Source: Candidatus Nanoarchaeia archaeon
Lineage (GTDB): Archaea; Nanobdellota; Nanobdellia; SCGC-AAA011-G17; GW2011-AR18
DNA length: 53,777 nucleotides
Assembly (NCBI GenBank): GCA_035289905.1
Contig: DATDVT010000026.1
Span: forward strand, 1 to 53,777
Reading direction: 5' to 3'
How positions within the stretch are numbered: the stretch's first letter is position 1; each line of letters begins with the position of its first letter. The notes under the pieces are model-generated. The model saw only the letters and a list, made by a program, of their open reading frames with translations. It had not been told where the DNA came from and ran no database searches. Below are positions 41,501 to 48,507 of this stretch, piece by piece. The position numbers and the translations under genes are program-made.

Positions 41501-42191
41501 AGGCAATTTAGAATTAAAAAAATTTCAATATTTTAGTATCTTAAAAAAAGCAGTTGAATTGTTTAAATTAAGTGACTTTAGAGTTTATCTTAGAGATAAT
41601 TCAATTAGGTTATTAAAAAATGGAGAATATTTATCTGAATCTGAAATTGTTATAGATGAGGGTGTAGAGGAATCTATAGTGAATTTATTAATTGGGGCTA
41701 ATGTTTATTATATTCAGTTAGTTTATAAGACAGTTGAAAAGGGTGAATGGTCTTTTGGATTGTATCAGCCAAAATACAACGGTGAAAGGGGGATTGTTGG
41801 ATTGCATTTAGATATTGATGTTTCTATTTTAAAAGAAGAGGGGCAGCTGTTAGTTAATTTTATTCCTTTAGGGGAAGATAGGCTTGTTATTGGTGGTGGT
41901 CTTGATTGTTTGAGAATAAAATTTATAAAGGGAAAAGAAGTTAGTATAAACTATGATTTGTTGAGCGATAGGTTCATTCAGAATTATTCTGATGCTATGT
42001 TTGAATATTTAGGTGATGAAGAGTTGAATGGAGCTAGTGTTGGGGAGTTTATTAGTGATGAATTTAATAAGGATGATAGTATTTCTTTAAATGAACAGTT
42101 GATGGATGCCTTAGGGCAAAAAAATATAGAGTTAGGTCTTGTTGAGCTTAATATTTTGATTGATAAAATTGTTGAGAAGCTTAGAAAATAG
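38565..42191 (+). CDS. 1208-aa protein with no signal peptide or TM: at least 7 beta-sandwich repeats of the same type plus a roughly 300-aa helical C-terminal region
   Basis: ATG 38565 overlaps the upstream gene by 16 nt and is preceded by AAGGAG (38553-38558). Modules such as LKIISPRDV...GIYTLIVGVF resemble those of 36097..38580. The C-terminus (LREKYLARYLWWGSK...) is helix-like. Confidence 0.8.
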   Translation: MAEPLIINVKIGEGKNVEVFYSDSSNLVAKVGFIYKKVDEEFWHKEISEVKSSKQLFDSWKEKETVKMVKLNILFDEHFSGAYEYKVALFNSNEEVLVESDDSCFFVMPESDLGLKIISPRDVIEDNNGKIGLQQGLNFVYDLKGLSPLSSNVFVRWFLVEGDYVDNGLFSEGGLIKNNKVKFLFDSDTKDLDKFKRYSLEDFDITNKGIYTLIVGVFKEEIIESNLIDQDSILLDVVDSDLNVKMKVIEVVDSITREKIYSVLNNKDIIKLRDDIDYQFYLEIEDSVGVLENIGIGYNGRYKTISALNKEFTLKFDSPWVGERIVEISPIGLNGNLVGEIFRFIVLCEEGDRNGVRFKFLAYKDLLGNNVTRLLKENSNNFISKQLYEVGVNVFNFSGNVEAVEFGYIVNNLEEPLFLVKPISVLKGSAGDISFPYDFSALNWRGDLILYVRGVLGLRKNSIKYTTPSYIKISTSGVEVYLSDYRTGLKPYGVKFGQILSLNVKVEDPSDKVGSVVLWYQCKDKGEFVVAVDYPEGDVLNEGENLVRRIGSKDFSIDWSVSCDDDFLLIVRAYGKGDKTNVLNEQRINFELLEVVSVIVKFLHNLNSEGIYEVPFGDFNLVVDYDNSVGLAAEVYIKYDNYFLGRISIPKGKNRLVLPYNFKLLRGWDGERKFVTQCVDSKGYLVGKGDVLRVKLIDKKLSESTKIELNSVNAKRFDDYYLLNKRVGENLFKLKIVNKDKDIDRIVLGEVMGGGIFELLGVVFDKNKHVQILDVEDIFDLWWDGNKEVCFVGYDKKGIVSTNVVKVILRLPETNVKLVGLNDIKVINKGERYDIYSLENEYRVVVDDKRGIIDQVRFGWFDEFGYNVYIDLKKDRMFKYEFRAKELWSGDKDCYIVGVDNNRKFVGPVFNFILRRYSEDDLALMLREKYLARYLWWGSKNQYSSEDLLAIDLGVVLLQSFFSSLKINQKNIYGELVLGGNLELKKFQYFSILKKAVELFKLSDFRVYLRDNSIRLLKNGEYLSESEIVIDEGVEESIVNLLIGANVYYIQLVYKTVEKGEWSFGLYQPKYNGERGIVGLHLDIDVSILKEEGQLLVNFIPLGEDRLVIGGGLDCLRIKFIKGKEVSINYDLLSDRFIQNYSDAMFEYLGDEELNGASVGEFISDEFNKDDSISLNEQLMDALGQKNIELGLVELNILIDKIVEKLRK

Positions 42192-42235
42192 AGAAAATGT
42201 TTTTAAATAAATTTCTAAAACGAAAATTTATTGAG

Positions 42236-43246
42236 TTAATTGTTAAAAAACCCAGATAAATTATTTTGCTCTTTTTTTAAAAGATTTTTTGATTTATTTA
42301 GGAGAATATCAATTCTTTCTTTTGAGAAATCATGTTTTTCAATTAAAATTTCTTTTAGTTTTTTTTCATCAATTGGATTCCATTTTAATTTATAATCTTT
42401 TGTTACAGGTATTTTTGTGAATATATTATATATTTCTCTCCAATTAAAATCTGCTTCTTTAAATATTTCTTCAGGTGATTGGGTTTTTATAAGTTTTAAT
42501 GCTTTTTTTGGACCAATTCCTTTTATTCCTCCTGGATTAAAGTCTGTGCCTACAAGAATTCCTAAAGTGATTAATTGATCATAATTTATTTCTAATGATT
42601 TTAATGTATCTTCTAATTTTATTTCTTCTAAAAAAGTATAGATGATTTTTCCATAAACAGTTTTTCTTTTTTGTGATAAAGTTAGATTTCTGATTAAGAT
42701 TGGTGTGCCAAATAGTAAGGAATCTGCATCTTGAGATGCTGTTGCGTAAACATCTTTATTTTTGCACATGAATGCGGCTTGTGCTTCTGCTTCAGAGGGG
42801 GCTTCTATTATTGGCAGCCCTAATGCTTTAATTAATTCTTTTGCTTCTTCAGTCATTTCTTTTGTAAGTCTAGATGTTGTTTTTGCATATTTTAGCATGT
42901 TCTTAATATCTTTTTCTTGACTTGCTTCTAGGTATTTATTATAACCTTTAAGTTTTTGTTCTTTTCTTAATTCTCTTTCTCTTTCTTTTAATTTTGGTGC
43001 AATACCATCAAAAATGTAGATAATTTTTATGTTTTTATTCATTAAATTTATGGTTCTTGATAGTAATCCTTGTAGATGAGAGGTTATGTTTCCTTGAGTA
43101 TCCATTAATGGTGTTCCATCATACTGCCTTATTGATGAGAGAAATTGATATAATACGTTGAATGCATCGATAGCTATTATTTTGTTATTCAAATCATTAA
43201 AACTAATTTCTTTCTTTGGTAATAATTCTGAGATGTTAACTCCCAT
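42236..43246 (-). CDS. fen: Flap endonuclease 1
   Basis: 336 aa. MGVNISELLPKKEI...IAIDAFNVLYQFLS...GNITSHLQGLLSRT, SEAEAQAA, and the H3TH region GTDFNPGGIKGIGPKKALKLI. Confidence 0.93.
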   Translation of the reverse strand: MGVNISELLPKKEISFNDLNNKIIAIDAFNVLYQFLSSIRQYDGTPLMDTQGNITSHLQGLLSRTINLMNKNIKIIYIFDGIAPKLKERERELRKEQKLKGYNKYLEASQEKDIKNMLKYAKTTSRLTKEMTEEAKELIKALGLPIIEAPSEAEAQAAFMCKNKDVYATASQDADSLLFGTPILIRNLTLSQKRKTVYGKIIYTFLEEIKLEDTLKSLEINYDQLITLGILVGTDFNPGGIKGIGPKKALKLIKTQSPEEIFKEADFNWREIYNIFTKIPVTKDYKLKWNPIDEKKLKEILIEKHDFSKERIDILLNKSKNLLKKEQNNLSGFFNN

Positions 43247-43308
43247 TTTTAGTTTAAGATTGTTTTATATTTAATAAAATTTATTAATGTAGAAAAATAA
43301 ATAGTTTT

Positions 43309-43914
43309 GTGATATTAAAAAAGAGCTTTAAGCATGGATGGTTTTATATGTATAGATTACATAAAGATAAAATAGATCATTTGTGTTGTGATGAACTAAA
43401 TAATTATTTGTTTGATGTTTTACATAATTGTGATGATGAAAAATTTTGTAATGGTCCAAGGAGTAGCGCTTTAAGATTTGATTTAGGGATTAATGTTAAA
43501 GAGGTATTGAATCATGAAGTTTGTGGTTTGACTTCTAGGGGATTAGAGGAAAATTTTGAGAGGTTTAAGACAGCACATTCACAAGTTCAAGTTTATATGT
43601 TAGAAAACGATGATAAGACTATTGGTGTTGAGGTTCCTGTTTGGTTTGAGAAGGAAGAAATGAACACTTTTAAGAATATTTTTGGTGGATGTGGCGGTGT
43701 TTTGAGTGGACATATCGATATTTTAAGGGTAGATAATGAAAAGGTTTGGGTTTTGGACTATAAACCTAATGCTTATAAAGAGAAGTATGCTGCTACACAG
43801 GTTTATTTCTATGCTTTGATGTTAAGTGCTAGAACTGGGATTTCTTTGAATAAATTTAGATGTGGTTATTTTGATTCTTCTAGGTGTTACATATTTAAGG
43901 CAATTTTAGAATAA
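43309..43914 (+). CDS. PD-(D/E)XK nuclease-superfamily protein (RecB/Cas4-like core), Cys-rich N-terminus
   Basis: GHIDILRVDNEKVWVLDYKPN...ATQVYFYALML fits the D...(D/E)xK...QxxxY core. Cys residues are at CCDE...HNCDDEKFC and C-terminal FRCGYFDSSRC. The start is GTG 43309; the first in-frame ATG is 43348. Confidence 0.55.
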   Translation: MILKKSFKHGWFYMYRLHKDKIDHLCCDELNNYLFDVLHNCDDEKFCNGPRSSALRFDLGINVKEVLNHEVCGLTSRGLEENFERFKTAHSQVQVYMLENDDKTIGVEVPVWFEKEEMNTFKNIFGGCGGVLSGHIDILRVDNEKVWVLDYKPNAYKEKYAATQVYFYALMLSARTGISLNKFRCGYFDSSRCYIFKAILE

Positions 43915-43944
43915 CTTTATTACTTTATTTAGTTTTATTTGTAT

Positions 43945-44385
43945 ATGAATTTTTTATTAATTGTTTTTGTAGTATGGATTGCAATGATTGCTCATTCTTT
44001 TTGGGAGGCATCGGTTGAAGGAAAAAACGCTTGGGATAAGAATAAATATGGCTGGAAGTGGAGATTTGCTAAGAATATCTCTCTAACAAGATATCATTTT
44101 TGGTTGTTTGTTATTTATTTGCCTATATTAATTATTCTATTACCAATTGTTATTGTTGGATTTAGTTGGAAATTATTTGGGATTCTAAGTAGTGCTTACT
44201 TTTCAGGAATGGTAATAGAAGATTTTTTTTGGTTTGTTGTAAATACTGAGATTAAATTTAAAGATTCTTGGAATCCTAGCTTTGCTAATTATTATCCTTG
44301 GTTAGTTATTGGGCGATTTAGGATTCCTGTTTATTATTTAGTGGGTATTGGTATTGCTGTTTTGTTTTGGATATTTTTTGTTTAG
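43945..44385 (+). CDS. 4-TM membrane protein, Trp/Phe-rich, function unknown
   Basis: 146 aa from ATG 43945 (the ORF track uses TTG 43939). Its TAG stop lies inside the TTTAGGACAGA motif. Confidence 0.55.
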   Translation: MNFLLIVFVVWIAMIAHSFWEASVEGKNAWDKNKYGWKWRFAKNISLTRYHFWLFVIYLPILIILLPIVIVGFSWKLFGILSSAYFSGMVIEDFFWFVVNTEIKFKDSWNPSFANYYPWLVIGRFRIPVYYLVGIGIAVLFWIFFV

Positions 44386-44392
44386 GACAGAA
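44382..44392 (+). promoter_or_regulatory. Copy 2 of motif TTTAGGACAGA, followed 2 nt later by TTATATAAAA
   Basis: Identical 11-mer to the other two copies. It lies at the right composition-switch gap, about 140 nt upstream of topA. Confidence 0.5.
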
Positions 44393-44532
44393 CTTATATA
44401 AAAAATCTATCTATATTGTCTTTCTAATCATAAAACTTATAGTTTTTAACAATTAATTAAAGTTAATTATTTATAGTCTATTTTAAATAAATTAACATAA
44501 CCTTTTTATAGTTTATCTCTAAAAATCAATAA

Positions 44533-46731
44533 ATGAAAACCCAATTAATAATAACAGAGAAACCATCCGTAGCAGAAAAAATAGCTCAAGCATTAAAAGA
44601 AACAAAGATAGAAAAACATAAAGAAGGAAAGGTTGCTTATTATATATTAACAAGAAATAATATAAAAATAAGTATAGTTTGTGCGGTTGGTCATTTATAC
44701 ACAGTTACCGAGAAAGATAAAAAAGGTTGGAAATACCCCACATTCAATACAGAATGGAAAGCATCTTATGAAGTAAATAAAGATTCAGCATATATAAAAC
44801 CTTATTTAACAATAATAAAAAAACTCTGCAAGGACTCTGAAGAAATAATAATAGCTACAGATTGGGATATAGAAGGAGAAGTTATTGGAGAAAGAATTCT
44901 AAAATTCATATGCAAAAAATCTGAAGCAAAAAGAATGAATTATTCTACAACAACAAAAGAAGATTTATTAAGTTCATACGAACACCTAGCAAAAACATAC
45001 GATAAAAAATTAGCAGAAGCTGGAATTACAAGGCATGAACTAGATTTTATATTTGGAATAAATCTTTCTAGAGCACTAACCCTTTCAATAAAACACGCGT
45101 TAAACAGATTCAAAATACTGTCTTCCGGAAGAGTTCAAGGTCCAGCTCTAAAAATTTTATATAATCGAGAACTAGAAATAGAAAATTTTAAACCTGTTCC
45201 ATTCTTTGAAATATACCTAAACTCAGAAACAAAAAAGAAAGAAATAATAAAGGCTCAACACGAAAAAGGAAAAATAGAAGATAAAAAAGAAGCAGAAAAA
45301 ATTTATAAAAAAATTAAAGATGAAAAAAATGCAACAATAAAAAATATTGAAAAAAGACAATATAAACAACTTCCACCTTTCCCTTTCGATCTAACAACTT
45401 TACAAACAGAAGCATACTCCGTACTAAAAATTACTCCAAAAAAAACATTAGAAATAGCACAAAACCTCTATACAAATTCCTATATCTCCTACCCTAGAAC
45501 ATCCTCACAAAAACTACCAGAATCTATAGGATACAAAAAAATATTAAAAAAATTAGAAACAAAATTCAAAGAAGAATGTACTTTTTTGCTTTCAAAAGAA
45601 AACCTTAAACCAAGAGAAGGAGATAAAACAGATCCTGCTCACCCCTCATGTTATCCCACAGGTGAAATACCAAAAAAATTATCGCCTCAAGAAGCAAAAT
45701 TATACGAATTAATAGTTAGAAGATTTTTCTCAGTATTTGGAGAACAAGCATTAAGAGAAACCCAAACATTAACAATTGACGTAAAAAAAGAAAACTTCGT
45801 TGCCAAAGGTACAGTTACTTTAAAACCTGGTTGGCATGATTTATATAAACCATTCTTAAAAATAAAAGAAGAAACATTGCCTATAGTTATTTTAAATGAT
45901 AGTTTACACATTAAAAAAATAAATCTTGAAAAAAAAGAAACGCAACCTCCTGCAAGATATAATGAAGCTTCAATAATTAAAGAACTCGAGGCCAAATCAC
46001 TTGGAACAAAATCTACAAGAAGCACCATTATAGATAATTTATTCCAAAGAAATTATACTGAAGGAAGACCCATCAAAGTAACAGAATTAGGTAAAAAAAC
46101 TATCAATACTCTATTGAAATATTGTCCAGAAATACTAGATGAGAAGCTTACCAGAGATTTTGAAGAAGATATGGAAGCAATCCAACAAAAAGAAAAAAAA
46201 GGTTCAGAAGTAATAGAGGCTGCTGAAAAATTCCTGACCATAAGTTTAAAAAAATTCAAAACACATGAAAAAGAAATAGGAAAAGAACTTGGAGAAGCAA
46301 ATATAGAAACACAACAAAAACAATCAAAAATTGGTCCTTGTCCTATATGCAAAAAAGGAGAACTAACAATTAAAAGAGGAAAATTTGGTTTGTTTATAGC
46401 TTGTACAGAATATCCTAAATGTAATGCAACCTTTAAAATACCACAAGGAAAAATACTGTCTAACGAAAAATCATGTGAACAATGTAACTATCCAACAATA
46501 AAATTAATCAAAGCAAGACGTGCCCCTCAAATTTTATGTATAAATCCCGATTGTCCAACAAAAAAAATTAACGAAAAGGAGATATTATCAGAAAAAAGAA
46601 AATGTCCAAATTGTGGCACAGAATTAATAATTAGAAAATCTGCATACGGTGCATTCTTAGCCTGCCCTAACTATCCAAAATGCAAACATATTGAAGCAAT
46701 AAAACAAAATAAAGATTATCAAAAAAAATAA
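44533..46731 (+). CDS. topA: Type IA DNA topoisomerase with C-terminal zinc ribbons
   Basis: 732 aa. Toprim LIITEKPS...ATDWDIEGE, active-site region ISYPRTSS, C-terminal CPICKKG...C..C, C.QC...C, CPNCG...CPNYPKC. Confidence 0.9.
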   Translation: MKTQLIITEKPSVAEKIAQALKETKIEKHKEGKVAYYILTRNNIKISIVCAVGHLYTVTEKDKKGWKYPTFNTEWKASYEVNKDSAYIKPYLTIIKKLCKDSEEIIIATDWDIEGEVIGERILKFICKKSEAKRMNYSTTTKEDLLSSYEHLAKTYDKKLAEAGITRHELDFIFGINLSRALTLSIKHALNRFKILSSGRVQGPALKILYNRELEIENFKPVPFFEIYLNSETKKKEIIKAQHEKGKIEDKKEAEKIYKKIKDEKNATIKNIEKRQYKQLPPFPFDLTTLQTEAYSVLKITPKKTLEIAQNLYTNSYISYPRTSSQKLPESIGYKKILKKLETKFKEECTFLLSKENLKPREGDKTDPAHPSCYPTGEIPKKLSPQEAKLYELIVRRFFSVFGEQALRETQTLTIDVKKENFVAKGTVTLKPGWHDLYKPFLKIKEETLPIVILNDSLHIKKINLEKKETQPPARYNEASIIKELEAKSLGTKSTRSTIIDNLFQRNYTEGRPIKVTELGKKTINTLLKYCPEILDEKLTRDFEEDMEAIQQKEKKGSEVIEAAEKFLTISLKKFKTHEKEIGKELGEANIETQQKQSKIGPCPICKKGELTIKRGKFGLFIACTEYPKCNATFKIPQGKILSNEKSCEQCNYPTIKLIKARRAPQILCINPDCPTKKINEKEILSEKRKCPNCGTELIIRKSAYGAFLACPNYPKCKHIEAIKQNKDYQKK

Positions 46732-47318
46732 ATACCTTTATCATTAATTTCAAACTCCAAAGATTTATTATCAAAAATTAGTTTTCTAGGATTTTTAGAT
46801 AAAAAATATTTGCTATTACAGTTTTCCATAACAAAATTCCCACCAACACACTTAACCACATTATTATTAATGTCACAATATACTTGATTTAAAACCAGAA
46901 CACAACTGTTTACACTAAATTTTTTTAGAATATTAAAATATTTTTTTACAAGAGTATTAGCTAAGAGATAATTCATCTTCAATTCTTCTCGATAATAATA
47001 ACCTAAGCTATCTAATACCAACAAATCACACTTTAAAGGTAATTTTTCTAATAATTTAAATTGTTCTTCTAAACTATGCACCTTAAAAACAATAAGAGAA
47101 TCATAAACCTTTCCATTTGATATTTGTTTAAATCTATCCATATTAAACCCATTCTCAGAATCAATATAAAATACCTTTTTTCCCTTAGAAGCAAAAAAAT
47201 TGCTTGCCATCATTCCTAAAGTCGTCTTTCCAGTAGCACACGCTCCATAAATTAAATTAATCCCCCTAGAAAAACCACCAATTCTCAAATCTAAATCCCC
47301 ACAACCAGTACTAAACAT
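46719..47318 (-). CDS. radB: RadB (RecA-superfamily, short archaeal paralog)
   Basis: MFSTGCGDLDLRIGGFSRGINLIYGACATGKTTLGMM...VFYIDSENGFNMDRFKQI is the RadB pattern with Walker A GACATGKT. ATG 47318 preferred over TTG 47324. Confidence 0.8.
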   Translation of the reverse strand: MFSTGCGDLDLRIGGFSRGINLIYGACATGKTTLGMMASNFFASKGKKVFYIDSENGFNMDRFKQISNGKVYDSLIVFKVHSLEEQFKLLEKLPLKCDLLVLDSLGYYYREELKMNYLLANTLVKKYFNILKKFSVNSCVLVLNQVYCDINNNVVKCVGGNFVMENCNSKYFLSKNPRKLIFDNKSLEFEINDKGIYFF

Positions 47319-47426
47319 AATCAATCTAAGAAATTCAACTTTAAATATATTTAGTATAAATTATTTACTACCAAGAAAGAATAACAAACCAAAAGCCTTA
47401 AATACATGAAAAAAAATTAAAAAAAT

Positions 47427-48080
47427 ATGAAAAGATTGCCAAAACCCATATTGCCAAAAGAAGTATATGAATTTACAGAAGAAGATTGGATATCCTTCGA
47501 AGATTCATGTAAAGAAATCCCACAAAAATGTTTAAACGAAAAACCTTCTAAAAAAAATGTAGAAGATTTATCTGATCAATTACCTACTGAGGAAGATTTA
47601 TCTGATCAATTACCTACTGGGGAATATTTATTAACAAATTACCCTGGAATTCACCCATTATCTCAATTTATAAATGGCAGAGCAGTTATTAATTTTTATA
47701 GAGCATGGGATCACAATGAAAACAAAGGACCTCAAGACTATCCATCAACTAGTAATAAAATTCGTGTAATAAACATTCCTGATCCTAATGAAAAAAAACT
47801 TACAGAAGAACAACTAAAAAGTCTATATGAAACACTTTTTAAAAAAACCAATATTTTTACAAAGGGAGATATAAAAATTATAAATCAAAGATTAATTAAT
47901 AATTCTGGACTAGAAGTCTTTGTTAATGAACAAAGAACCAATAATATTGAATTAAAACATAGAGATAGAATTGGTATAGGAACAGAATACCCCCCTGAAA
48001 TAGAATTTATTTATTTAATCTCTCAACCATATTCTCAAAACCAGTTAAAAAATCATCAAACAAATCATCCCCCTTCTTAA
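47427..48080 (+). CDS. Hypothetical protein with a tandem 10-aa repeat and a possible FHA-like C-terminal region
   Basis: 217 aa. EDLSDQLPTE/EDLSDQLPTG repeat. SGLEVFVNEQRTNNIELKHRDRIGIG loosely fits the FHA tail (G..vN......L..gD.I.iG). The last 74 nt overlap the convergent ORF 48007..48432. Confidence 0.45.
   Translation: MKRLPKPILPKEVYEFTEEDWISFEDSCKEIPQKCLNEKPSKKNVEDLSDQLPTEEDLSDQLPTGEYLLTNYPGIHPLSQFINGRAVINFYRAWDHNENKGPQDYPSTSNKIRVINIPDPNEKKLTEEQLKSLYETLFKKTNIFTKGDIKIINQRLINNSGLEVFVNEQRTNNIELKHRDRIGIGTEYPPEIEFIYLISQPYSQNQLKNHQTNHPPS
47562..47621 (+). repeat. Tandem 30-nt repeat, two copies with 1 mismatch
   Basis: GAAGATTTATCTGATCAATTACCTACTG(A/G)G occurs twice, in frame. Confidence 0.9.
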
Positions 48081-48432
48081 ATCTCCTAAGTTTATAATAT
48101 TCACTAACATTAACCAACTGTCTAGCTAATTTATTAAACACTCTAATATAAATCACCATATCTTCAGATTTACCAAAACGTATTATCTTTTCTAAAGCAA
48201 GTTTATATCTTTTATAATCACTTTTATTCTTCATAATTCTCTGTAAATTAATATATTCTTTAATAAATTCATTAAAATAAACTAAAGATTTATCATCCTC
48301 TTTTTCATAAGCCTCAACAGCCCTAATAAAAGGATCAACCATCCCCATAACAACCTTTCTTATCCTTTTAGCCTCTACAGAAGTATCAACCGCTTTCCTA
48401 CCAAAAATCAACTCCTTTAATGTATCAAACAT
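48007..48432 (-). CDS. Helical hypothetical protein
   Basis: 141-aa ORF with no recognised motif; plausible composition. Confidence 0.45.
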   Translation of the reverse strand: MFDTLKELIFGRKAVDTSVEAKRIRKVVMGMVDPFIRAVEAYEKEDDKSLVYFNEFIKEYINLQRIMKNKSDYKRYKLALEKIIRFGKSEDMVIYIRVFNKLARQLVNVSEYYKLRRFKKGDDLFDDFLTGFENMVERLNK

Positions 48433-48507
48433 CCTATAATTATTCTACTCTACTTTAAAAATATTTCTAGAGAAAGGCTTAAATATATTTATAAATAAAA
48501 ACAAATC

